A stretch of 64,000 nucleotides of DNA from assembly GCF_024521635.1 (NCBI RefSeq), contig NW_026250423.1, positions 558,001-622,000 of the forward strand, written 5' to 3'. Below, piece after piece: positions 52,622 through 64,000 of the stretch (position 1 is the first letter of the stretch; each line of letters begins with the position of its first letter). Below the pieces are notes generated by a model. The model saw nothing but the letters and a program-made list of their open reading frames with translations. It searched no databases and had not been told where the DNA came from. The translations under genes were made by a program, and so were the position numbers. This DNA is from Tricharina praecox. Lineage: Eukaryota.

Positions 52622-54279
52622 AGTAGAAGGTAAGGATAGTAGGTAGCTTGGTAGGTATAGCCTCGTCTTCGTGGTCGCAGCGGTGGAGGGCCTAGGCAGG
52701 AGTGGGGTTGCCAATGGCCGAAGGTAGGTAACAGAACGGAAAGGTGACGGGAGTCCTCAGGTTCTCCCCCGAGAGATAAGTATGTTCTGCTAGGCGCCCG
52801 AACAGCTAAAGCTAAGCTCCTCCACTTCGCGTACCGGACAAGTCGGATGGTGGTGTTTAAGTAAGAAAGTAAGTTGATCTTAAGGTAAGATAGTGGTGAA
52901 TGCCGGCAGGTGGTAGCAAGCTGCTGTGTAACTAATTCTCCATCAAAAGGAACGCTGTCTATACTATGGTGGTGTATGTACACACTCTCTCCCGGATGAA
53001 CCTGGAGCTAGCTACTATATAGATAGCACGGAGCCCTGAGGTCGGTCGAAGAGGTATATACCAGGTGATGGAGAGTACTGTCCCGTGTGGTCGTGTCGTG
53101 TCGTGTCGTCGCAGTGCTGTTCGTGAAGAGAAAACAAGAATGGTCCTCTCAATTGCGCGGGCATCGTGCTGTAAAATAGGTAGAGGCAGAATGTGTGCGC
53201 GCGCAACTCTGCCGGAGGCCCCAGGGTGTTGTTCTGGGGGTTCAAGGATTGTGTCCACCCACCTACCCATCCACACTCGATCCACCTCCGTCCAGCCACC
53301 ATCCACTCATTCATCCCTCCCATCCATTCCCCCATCCGCTGCCCCATCCATTCCCCCATCCGCCGCCCCGTCCACCGCCCCATCCACCCCTCCACCCATT
53401 CATCCCAGCTGGCCAAACCTCCCCCCCTCCACATCGTACCTTACCCCCCTCCCACCATCCCGCGCCCATCCCAGGCCCGCACCCCCTCCCACCCAACCCA
53501 TTCCTGCAAGCAACCATGAAACTTCTGTGCGTTCATCCCGACAGGCCCGCTGCGATTTTGACGTCGGTTGTCCCCTTCCTAACTACTGTTCCTAGCTTGA
53601 GCAACTACGGTATGTAACAAGTACCATCGCGCTTGGTGGCGCCCAGGCTGAGTTTAAAGCGGCGGCTGTGGGAAAAGCTGGTGGAACGCACCACCCGGGA
53701 GTGGCGCGGCATGCAGGATGGATGGTCCGTCTCATTTGAAGCCACGACGTGGTGAAAGATAACCTACCTGAGTAAGAACTAGTTCGAGGATGGGGCTTCT
53801 TCATACACAGGTACATAGTACAGACACATCACATCGTAATTGAAGCTCCGCGGACGTCATGTCCTGCTGCTCCATAGCAACTCCCTACCTACCCGTGGCG
53901 GTGAGTTTGGAGAAGAACTGCTCCCCGCACTTCTTGACGTCAGGTCCTATGGCTTCAGCCTCTCTCAAGATTTCGGTGAGAAGACGGCCGCCAACTTCCC
54001 CGCCGCGGGGAAGGCGTAGCTACGGTAGTTGCCTATCGACGATAGTAGCCATGGCGCCAATACGGGTTTCGCCAGCGGATTACGGCTGGTTCGAGACTCT
54101 GACGATCCATCCTGAATCATTCTTTCGAATCCACCGACCCGGTTCTTCGGGGTCCCTGTTGATGGATATTCCGTCTGCGCTTCTGGAGTGGGTTGGCCCA
54201 CGCCAACTGCACTCTGTAACCCAACCACTCTACTATACTCTACTCTGATGAGGTTAGCGTGCAGCTGCCTCCCACAGGG

Positions 54280-54380
54280 CCACCACCACCACTCACCACC
54301 ACCACTACCACCACCACCACCACTACCACCACCATTATTACCACCACCACCATTATTACCACCATCACCAGCATTACCAC
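54280..54380. repeat. (CCA)n-rich microsatellite
   Basis: Directly visible. Confidence 0.85.
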
Positions 54381-55268
54381 TTGTGTACGACCACTCCACC
54401 ACACAAAACCCACGCAGGCAGGCAGACTGTGCAAGTGAGCGATGCCGCCTTGTCCGCCCATGTCGAGATGCGTGCATCGCACATAACACATCGCATACCT
54501 ATCGTGCATCAGAAATCGAAATCTAAATCTAAACCTAAAGCAAGCACGGAGATTGGTTTCTTCCCCATCTTCTCCTCCGGGAATCTGGGTATCTGGGTAT
54601 CTGGGTATGCACGCATCAATGGATTCTGGCAGAATGCGAGAGTTAGGTACGGAAAGACAGCCAGAAAGAGGCCCGGAAAGAGAGCTGGGAAGAGAGTCCT
54701 ATCTCGGAAAGGCCCAAAGGCGGGCGAACGCAAGAGCGCGCCGAAATTAGTACCTATCGTACATTACCGTACACAGTAATGGCAGTGGTATTATCCGATA
54801 CCGAGGCTCGCTGCTCGCTGCTGGAGATCTTCCCTCCAGGCCCCCGCCAGCGACTGCCAGCGGCTGTCGTAATCCGCTCGTAATCCGGATTGTCCTGTGA
54901 CGAAACATTCGCTTCCTGTCGCGTGAGTTAACCCGTCGGCGACGAACAATCCGAATCGCTAACCAACACACTCAGAAGCCAGCGGGGACAGTTATGGAAG
55001 CGCAGCATCTGTGTATCGGCTTGCATGCATCAAGGTGGTGGTGGGGGGCTGAAACGGCCGGCATGCCAAAAGTGTCGGTCGCATCATGCAGCCATTCATT
55101 CAACATTACCCTCCATACTCTGCATTCTGCACGATCCTGTACCGACCCGTGGGGCTGTACAGTCACAAGTGTACCGTATTACCGTACCGTACCGAATCTC
55201 TTGCAACTTTCAACTTCAGACTTTCATCTTTCATCTTTCAAGGCGCATGCGCATGCGATTGCGATTGC

Positions 55269-55745
55269 TAATCGAGCCGGAGTTTGAATAATCGGACCGT
55301 CATGCTTCGCATGGCCGCGACTACACCTGAGTAAGCAAGCAGTGCTCTATGTAGAGTAACCACAGCTCGTCTACCGACCCGAGTCGGCAGAAAGTGTACC
55401 CGGAAGATCGTCGCTGGTGCTGGATGTCTTGACGCTTGACGCTTGACTGTTGACTTGACTTCGCCTCGCTGCCACGCTGGCTTGGCCTGGTTCGGCGCCG
55501 GCTTGTGTGGAGTATGTAATCGAGCCGGAGTTTGAATAATCGGGCCGTCATGCTTCGCATGGCCGCACCTACACCTGAGTAAGCAAGCAGTACTCTACTC
55601 TGGAGTAACCACAGCTCGTCTACCTACCCGACTCGGCAGGAAGTGTACCCGGAAGATCGTCGCTGGTTGTCTTGAACTCTTGACGCTTGACGCTTGATTG
55701 TTGACTTCGCCTCGCTGGCTTGGCCCCGCCGGCTTGTGTGGAGGT
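55269..55745. repeat. Tandem duplication of about 249 bp
   Basis: AATCGAGCCGGAGTTTGAATAATCGG...CTACACCTGAGTAAGCAAGCAGT...GTGTACCCGGAAGATCGTCGCTGG starts at about 55270 and again at about 55519. Confidence 0.9.
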
Positions 55746-56676
55746 GTGGAGGTGTTCGCCCCACCTTAAACCATGAACCACGAACCCTACTCTTTACATA
55801 GCCGTAGCGGTCGGCTCGCACAGACGGTTTCGGCTGCGGTACCCAGGAAAGCTCGAACCACTTGTTTACTTATGTAAGTGCTCGGCGAGTATCCTACAGA
55901 GATGCTAGTTGGTTACATAACTACCTTTCTACTAGAAGGGAGTCAAGGGACCAGTTAGATGGGGCGGGCCGAGGGCTGAGGAATGTGGGTGGACAAGAGC
56001 TTCAGCGCCAAGTGCAAACGCCCGGCACCTGTCCAGTCCAGCACAGCCCAGCAAAGCCGGTACGCACACACCCACCTTACAGACCACCCATACCACGGGG
56101 TAAATGTCCAAGAACTCGCCTCACCCAATCGCTTATAATCTAGCATCTGGAAGTTAGAAAACTTCAGCTCTCTGAGCTCTCCCATGCCGAGTTCTCCGTT
56201 AGTGTCCAGAAGCCAGACACCGTCACGCCGGTGCAGATCCTTCAAGGTTTTCCGCTCAACTCCACTGCGCCCACGAACAAATACGTGGTGTATGTACTCT
56301 ACTAGGTGGTACCGTGTCGTCTCCGTATCCACCGACTGGTCACGGCCACTAAGTGGAAATGTTTTTCTCAACACGCCGCCCCCCACCTGTCACAGTGTCA
56401 CTTCACCGCCCGGAACGCCAATTAAGACATTCATGCGTGGCTACTCGCTAGAGTACCCCAAGTTGCCAAGTAATCGCTTGCTTACTTACATCCTACCACA
56501 TGTCACCCCAAGTTCTCTTCACAAACGGAACGGGACGAGACAAAAATGGTGCCTGGCTGTGGGCTTGGATGACGGGTCGGTGGTTACCATACCGCACCGT
56601 ACCGTACCGTACTGTAAGGCATCGTTCGCCAGGAGCACTACTACTATTAGTATGTAACTACAGGTGGGTAACATGC

Positions 56677-58222
56677 CCCTAGGGTACAAGGAATGCGGCA
56701 AGCCGCATTTAAGTAAATGCGAGCCTGCTTGTAAACTGGCTTTGACACAAAATGCGGCTCATTTGCTCTGATAATTTAGGCTTCTGCTAGTAAATTGGCC
56801 CAAGTCGAGTCAATAGGCGTTTGGCAATAATTGCGGCCAGTTTACAATAGTCAAATTGGGCTCTTATGCCTAATTTGGCTGTCGATACTCAACCCACCAA
56901 CGTTTATTCCTAACATTGATGCCCACTACTACCTAAGGCCTAGTTTGGGTGTCAACTACACATTGTCGACTGAGCCACAGTACAAATAAACTCTACGGAC
57001 AACCACTAGTAGCAGGTACATGCCAGCACCCCCCCGTAGTCAACCCCGCCATAGTCAACCCCACCATAGTCCCTCTTCATTCCGCCTACGATGTCCGACA
57101 CCAGCCACGTTCTACGGTTCTTTGATTGTTTCCACCGAGTCGAGCTACGGCACGGGCGGGTGGAGAGACAGGTGGGTAGAGGCAACTAGTGTGTAGGTGA
57201 TGATGTTGGGCTGATGTCAAGTGGTATGGTGAGACGACTATGCGGCCGACTAAGAGATCCCTCGCCGCCACCGCACCACCTATGCCCGCACCACAAGCCA
57301 GCCTTCTTCAGCCGGCTGGTGGCCGGTAGCCCAGAAGTAAAACAGAGTTTACAACAGGACACGCTGTGATAACGAGCTTAAATAATCGACTCTTGGTGCC
57401 GAGACAACAGCAAAACCTAGCCACGGTGGCCCCACCGCCGCCGGTGCTTCAATACTCCTCTCGCTAACAGCTCCTCCTCTCCTCCTCTCGCTCACAGCTT
57501 CTGCTCTCCTCCTCTCTCTGACAGTTCTTCCTCCTCTCACGAACATCTCCTCCTTCACTTTCTCCTCTCGCCGATAGCGCCCCCTCTCGCAGCCCCTCCC
57601 CTCGCCGATAGCTGTTCTCGCTCCTCTTCTTGCTAACAGCTCATCCGCTTACTAACAGCTCCTCATCTCGCTCCTTATTTCTCCAACAACTCCTCTGACT
57701 CCTCCTCTCGCTTCCACCGGTCGTCGATAGCTCCTCCATCACCGTCGTTCACTCCCTCGGTCTCTGGTCTTCCTACAGCAAGTACGTATTGCGCTCCTAG
57801 ACCTAGCTTGCTGCGGATACCTCACTGCCATCGCCAGTACTAACAGACTGTCTATTCAGCCCGCCGGTCATGTTGAATGTGTGCTAAGATGTCAGTGAAT
57901 GCCGGCGAGCGGGGGAGGCTGAAGAGCAGGGTGGAGGCTGAAGAGCGGGAAAAGCTGGGGGAGATATATGTGTATATATTGGGCGAGCAGCAGTAACTAG
58001 AACCTAAAATAAATATATTATCAACGCCAGCTGAGCAACTGTGCCCTTATAGCCATAGAGCCGTAATAGAGCCATAGGGCTGTAATAGAGACAAGGGCCG
58101 TAATAGAGATGAGGGCCGTAATAGCGCCGTAATAGAGCCGTAATAGAGCCCTAAGAGTGGCCGGATTAGACACGCGCCCTTTTACTGTAATTGCGACTTG
58201 TCCGATTCCTTGTACCCTAGGG
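56677..58222. mobile_element. Non-autonomous DNA transposon, 1546 bp, 18-bp TIR, 4-bp TSD
   Basis: CCCTAGGGTACAAGGAAT at 56677 and its exact reverse complement ending at 58222. ATGC on both flanks (56673-56676 and 58223-58226). Subterminal GCCGTAATAGAG repeats. Confidence 0.85.
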
Positions 58223-59821
58223 ATGCACTCTACTCTATGATGAAGCCACACGTTCACCGCTGTTGGAGCCTTGCCTACCCGTCGGCGACCGCGGCAACCT
58301 CCCCTCCCCTCCCTCACAGTCACCCGGCACCCGCCACACCCTCCTCTCGCCCCACAATCTGCTTACATCTCGACCGATTAATAATACTAGCCAATATAAC
58401 TACTGAGTACTGCACGGGGCTGTGATGAGGTAGTCACCCAGGTAACCAACGCTTGGAGAGCCGCATATTATCGAGGTTTTGCACACCCGAGCGTCCGTAA
58501 GTTATCTAATCTGGGTATACTGCCGGTATGTACGGTAATACCTAAACGGTGGTTAGTTGGTCCGCCAGGTGCCGGGTGGCTACTCGAGTACTCTATACTC
58601 TATTAACCATGAATCTGACTGATATGATATGTCTGTATGGCTGTAGACTGTATGTCTGTAGGCGAAGCCGGGCCCATACCTATCAAGATAATCTTGTTTC
58701 TTCCCCATGGCGCACGCCGGTACCGATCGTGAAAACCCCCATTCTGACACCTCCGTACTCACCTTCAGTACTACTATTATAGATAATGGGTTGCGCGGTA
58801 GGTACTATATCTGCTACACATGTACATCCATAGGTACGGCGAACAGAGGCGAACAGAGGCGAACAGAGGCGGACGGAATTTCTGATTTACCACTCGCGAC
58901 TTCGCCGACGACGGTTTCGGAAGTCACGCCCGTGTGCGCTTATCTGCCATGTACCTGCCTGTGTATGTACAGTTACAACTTTGGAACGGGGTATTTTGGT
59001 AACCTGACTCCCATCTATCTATCATCTATGTTAGGTGTATGATATATCCGCCGCGGCGCCGCCCCCATTTACCAGCCGACAACTCTATTTACATATTTAT
59101 TATGTAGTATGTATAGTAGATGTAGCAGCCGACAAGTTGACAATTCTTGAACTCTAGGCAGCCAGCCAGACTTCGGCATGCACGCACTCGGCATGGAGGT
59201 CACTTTCACATGCTCTTTGACTTTTACTTTGACTTTGTATTTGCCTCCTTGTCTTTAATTTTGGCGTAGGTGCACGCCCGTTATTTCGGTTGGGTTTTGG
59301 GAGTGAACCGAATGTCGCCATCACGAAAGTCCCGGTCAGCATAGATATATGTGAGATTAATCATCGACCGACCGACCGAGCGGATGCGCGGTGCGCATGA
59401 GAAACAAGAAACTTGAAAGGGGTGTAAATATAGTATCTATCGGTGGTTGTATATAGTATGTAGTACATACTCGGGGTGCACGGAGTACACGGAGTTGCGG
59501 AGTTGCGGTGGGATGATATGGTATATGGGATGTCACTCGGTCACAGACCGTAATCCGGTCTGGAGGCTGGCTCGCTGGCTGCATATCGAGTATATAATAC
59601 TGGTACTGTCGCCAACGACTATAGCCAAACCCCGTGAAATCTGAAGGGTACACCTTGAGCTCCTTCGGAAACGTCCATCTCTGTGCAAATAGCCAAAGTC
59701 CTCTCTCTCACACACACCCTCCCTCCCTCCCTCTCTCGTATCTCATATTCAGTCAAATCGATCTTCATGATCGAACCAACCTAGAACCAACAGGCCCCAA
59801 GTTCCCAACCCACTCATCCAC

Positions 59822-60140
59822 CCCTAGGGTACAGGGAATGAGACGAGGCTCCATTAGTTGAATGCGAGTCTGCATGTAAACTGGCTATCAGCACAAAGTG
59901 CGGCTCATTTGCACTGGTAATTCAGGCTTCAGCCAGTAAATTGGCCTTTTTTCCTCAGCGTACAAGTTGCCATGTTTATTTGGGCGGAGCCGAGTCAATG
60001 GGCGGTTAGTAGTAATTGCGGCCAGTTTACGATGGTCATATTGGGCGAAGCCTAGTCAATAGGCGGTTGGTAGTAATTGCGGGCCAGTTTGCGATGGTCA
60101 TATTGGGTTCTTTCACCTAATTTGGCTGTCAATACTCAAT
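59822..60140. mobile_element. Diverged second copy of the left end of the 56677 element
   Basis: CCCTAGGGTACAGGGAATG...TGCGGCTCATTTGC...TAATTGCGGCCAGTTTAC...CCTAATTTGGCTGTC.ATACTCAA is colinear with 56677-56892 and has an internal duplication of about 59 bp. No right TIR found. Confidence 0.8.
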
Positions 60141-62415
60141 ATGACGAATAGACAGAGGCCAAATTTGGCGTTGAGGTGTATATTGACATTTGGCAGTGAA
60201 TGCAATGTCTTTCCACCACTCTCTTCGGACATCCGTTGGTAAAAAGATAAATTTCCGCTCATTAGGCTTCCGGCGTGAGTGAAAATGGGCTTCGGTTTAT
60301 AAATGGAGCATTTTCTCCTTATTCGGCCGCCCCCGCCATGCCCCCCGCCATGCGCACCAACGTTGATGCCCACCACATACTAACCACATTCGCTTCCTCC
60401 CGCCGACAGCTCCTCCATCACTACGTCATCCTCTCACCACCATTACGCATTATAAGCGTAAGATGAGGCACGCTTACCCTCACACCCGAGTACATACCAA
60501 TTCTCAGAGCATGCGGCCTCAGCCAATCCCGGCCACCATCCCCGCATTGATCCCCGCCGGTATTCCGTCGTCGAGCCCGCATTACCCACGCTGGAAGGCC
60601 TACTCCCCTCGTCTTCCCTGGGGTTAACCCCCTAATATTCAGCAACATCGGGATGTAACTCCATCTAAGCATCCATCCGCATCCTGCGGAGTAGGTATCC
60701 TCGCGGTCCGCTGGATTATCACCACCTTCACCTCGGCAGCTTCGTCAGGCGGGAGAAGCGGATTTGGTTAAGTTGGTTAGAGGCGGATATTTCATCTTTC
60801 TTTACTTTCAACCGGCCTTCTTCTCATCGATGCCGCACTATCTTACGGTATTAGAGGGAGTGGTATGAAGAATATAGTGCCCTGGTTCCGTTGAGTAAGT
60901 ACGTTATTAGAGTATAGACGTCTCAAGCTGTTGAATCCTGTGATGAGATGTTCATGCACGATCACTCGCCTGGCTCAAGAAAAGGGAAAGTTTCGGAAGC
61001 TATATATCATCCTTATGTCTATCACTCCTTGTATAGATATAGGGTGATGGCGATCGGTAGGTTAGCACGTACGGGAAGCCCCTCGTGAACCAAAGCAGTT
61101 CCGTCCCTCGTTCTCCAGTGCCGGATAGGGCCACGCAACATCGACACTTCAACGGCTACATCACCGTATCGAGAGTTTTCCCCAGCGGAATCCAGATGCG
61201 TAAGGACATGTGTCCGTCCAGACATTGCATGAAGAAATGAGATGCAAAAAAAAAAGAAAATACTCCAAAGTAAAAATATCAACTTTGGGATTTCCGGATC
61301 CCGATTCGCACATCTCATGATGGTCGCCGTAGCAACCGATCGCGTGCCACTGCCGTTCTAGCTCTCGGATAGGGCCAAACACCCATCATCATTGATCGTC
61401 CCCAGCTTGCAGCGCGCGCCTCGCCAGCCAGCCAGCACAACACGCCCAGCCCAGCCAGCCCACCCGCCACCACCACCACCACCACCGTCCGGATCATCCA
61501 TTGATCGCCTGTCCGAACGTTGCTGAGCGAATCGACCGTCGATCTCCTGCTACCACTCGTTGTCGCGCGTTGGGCCACGGCGAAGCCACACCCACAAACA
61601 CCCACACACACCCACAACTTATCGCAAAAAAAAAAGGAAGGGCCTGTCAGCGGGCGGGCGGCCAACGGACAACGCGCTTTTTCCATGCTTCCCTAGCCTC
61701 CAATCCTCTCGATAGGCTAGTACTATACCGCACCTCAGACCTTGTACTCTGTGCTCCCGGCCAGTTCTAACTATCGATATCGCCAACCACCACGCACCAA
61801 CCATCACCGATACATACTGGCCTAGCTAGCCACAGTGCACGCACGCTGTCCTGTCCCAGCAGCTGCAGTCCGCTTCGCCCCGATCTTCTTCTTCGATTCG
61901 TCACACTCGCTCTCATCTCTTTTCTTCCTTCTTCTCTTCTCTCGGATTCCTTCCCTATGGCTTCTTCGTGATCTCCAACATCTCGTACCTCCCCCCCCCA
62001 TCCCGCCCCTCCACCTGGGCCCAGCCCCAATAATAACGAACTCGCAACGACTTTCCCCCCCACCGCCCGTAGGGCCACCGGCCACAATTCCAATTCCAAT
62101 TCACGCGCTTCTCTCTTACATACTCACTCGTGCATTACAACAACAACAAACACCTACTCCACCGCCGCCGCCGACCGCCGAAACAACAAACTACCCGCCC
62201 AACTCCCTATATATACTAACCCATCACCACCTCCATCTCCAAGCGCCGCCTGCCCGCCACATCTAAATCGGGACCGTGTTCAATTTCCGCGCGCGAATTG
62301 ACATCACCCTGCGCTTCCTACAAATTCCCACACACCCCCGACCGTCCCGGGATAGCGACGACGACGACTGTTACGACTGTTGCGACTCGACGAACGAAAA
62401 AGAAAAAAACCCTAA

Positions 62416-64000
62416 ATGGCGGACCGCAGCTGGGTCGACGACCTCGACGAGGACTGGATATCGCAGCCACGCTCGTCCTCCCCGATCATGCCGCACCACT
62501 CACCTTCTCAAGCAGGCACGGTCAACGTGCAGCGCCATCCGCAGCAGCAGCATTATACCCACACCAACAATGGCACGACGAACCGGCACATGCGGCGACG
62601 GAGCAGTGATACCCTGGGCAGTGGTGTATCCAATTCCTACGGGACCACGCAGCTGCACAACAGCCGGCGGACCGCGGATACCCCCGAGTGGAAACGCCAT
62701 CTGATGCGGAATTTTGATCCGAGTGCCGGCGGCAAGGATTTGTTCTCGCCGTTGGAGCTGGAGAGCCTTTTCCGGCCGCCGACGGCGCCGCGCTCGTCCT
62801 CGCCTGGCCTGCCGTCGAAAACTCACCATTATCAGCCGCAGCAGGAACAACAGCTGCAACACCACCAGCAGCAGCAACAGCAGCAACAGCAGCAACAGCA
62901 ACAGAGTTTCCCGGGCCTACCACCGCCGAAATCACCGCGGAGGAGTTATCTACAGGCACCGCATTCCTCCGGATTTCCATCTGGGCTGTCGACGCTCGCG
63001 GAGGAGACGGGAAGCGGCAGTGTAGCGGGTGCACTGGAGCCGATAAAGCAGAGTATTCCGCAACGTCAAGATGCGGGTGGAAAACCGGTACTGAGGCCGC
63101 TGAACCGCCATTCGCTAATGTCAAACGGACTCCGCCGAACGCAGTCTTCTCCCGCGGCGGAACGAGCGTCGGAAAGGTTCGAGAGGTTCTCGGAGGGCCT
63201 GAAGGGGAGGCGGAAAGTCACGGGGTTTTATTCGGATGTCAACGGCGGCGGCGTGGAGCATGGTGCGGCTGCGGGTACAGGTGTGGGCGCGGGTGCGGCT
63301 GCGGATAGGGCTTCCGTCGCCTCAAGTTCGCACTCGTCGAGGCAACCGAGTACACGTTCGGGACAGGGACAGGCTGGAACGCGATGGTGGAGGTCGAGAT
63401 CACGGCAGTCGCAGGAGTCGAGTGATGACCGAAGGGATGAGAGTATTTCCCCGGTTTCAGTGGGGGCCGCTGGGTTCAACAGCAACCCCGGTTTCCCGGT
63501 GCTACGGCGTGGAAACAGCAATCCCGAGCCGGATCGGTCGTCTCGTCGGAGCAGGAATGGGTACTATAGGGATCGGGAAGATACGGCGGAGGAGACGCAC
63601 AGTGATACTGCGAGTGTGGGGAGGTTCATGCATGCAGAAGCTTCGGTGTATCCGTCCAGTCCGCCCATACCCGGCCAGTACATGCTCAGGCGAGAGTATA
63701 GCAGGGGGCGCGGGGATAGGTTGATGGAAGAGGATGAAGAGGAGGACGAGCATCCGGACGACCAGCACTATATTGAGGACGGGCATCCGGACGACCAGCA
63801 TTACATTGAGGACAACCACTACATGGAGGAAGAGGAAGAGGAGGACGAGGACACTGGGTCTTCTCTTCCTGCGGCATTCATTGCTCCCCGGAGACCACCG
63901 CCGACACCACCGTTTCCGGACAGGCGTTCCGTGCTTCAAAGCAGCTCCAACAGTGCAGATCCCGATGGTAACGGCTTGCTCAGTAATATCCGTAACCATC
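62416..64000 (+). CDS. Septation initiation network scaffold Cdc11/Nud1-like protein, N-terminal part (3'-truncated)
   Basis: ATG at 62416; frame appears open to the window end, so it is absent from the ORF track. Motifs 'WVDDLDEDW', 'TPEWKR', 'DLFSPLELESLFRPP' recalled from filamentous ascomycete Cdc11/Nud1 proteins. The LRRs would lie outside the window. Confidence 0.7.
   Translation, partial: MADRSWVDDLDEDWISQPRSSSPIMPHHSPSQAGTVNVQRHPQQQHYTHTNNGTTNRHMRRRSSDTLGSGVSNSYGTTQLHNSRRTADTPEWKRHLMRNFDPSAGGKDLFSPLELESLFRPPTAPRSSSPGLPSKTHHYQPQQEQQLQHHQQQQQQQQQQQQQSFPGLPPPKSPRRSYLQAPHSSGFPSGLSTLAEETGSGSVAGALEPIKQSIPQRQDAGGKPVLRPLNRHSLMSNGLRRTQSSPAAERASERFERFSEGLKGRRKVTGFYSDVNGGGVEHGAAAGTGVGAGAAADRASVASSSHSSRQPSTRSGQGQAGTRWWRSRSRQSQESSDDRRDESISPVSVGAAGFNSNPGFPVLRRGNSNPEPDRSSRRSRNGYYRDREDTAEETHSDTASVGRFMHAEASVYPSSPPIPGQYMLRREYSRGRGDRLMEEDEEEDEHPDDQHYIEDGHPDDQHYIEDNHYMEEEEEEDEDTGSSLPAAFIAPRRPPPTPPFPDRRSVLQSSSNSADPDGNGLLSNIRNH

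Noticed and set aside
54240..54280. Hammerhead core CTGATGA
   Set aside because: No GAAA partner or flanking stems.
62276..63999. ORF-track ORFs in this interval
   Set aside because: Shadow frames of the long frame starting at 62416.

Overview
Eukaryotic, intron-rich fungal DNA. Short GT-AG introns with CTAAC/CTGAC branch sites and the gene set indicate a filamentous ascomycete; Pezizomycetes is my guess, not shown. The left half is mostly a dense housekeeping block: TFIP11/Spp382 (5'-truncated), a phospholipase/carboxylesterase, cyclophilin Cyp10, a small secreted protein, a TPR-like protein, an SH3 membrane protein, Rho4, Bcp1, Dad3, Grx4, Rpl15, Hir1 and a bZIP factor. The right half is gene-poor: a GNAT acetyltransferase, a C2H2 zinc-finger gene, the 5' part of a Cdc11/Nud1-like gene, non-autonomous TIR elements and many local tandem duplications. 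The most notable observation is invisible in the ORF track: a U2 snRNA gene at about 48568-48858 whose 5' end is interrupted by a 99-nt canonical spliceosomal intron (GTATGT...CACTAAC...CAG) inside stem I. Other candidates: a hairpin and cryptic 3' splice site in the long RPL15 intron, a densely base-paired non-coding region at 6.6-8.7 kb, and a 1.55-kb TIR element with CCCTAG ends and a non-TTAA 4-bp target duplication. All calls were made by eye; no searches or folding were run.
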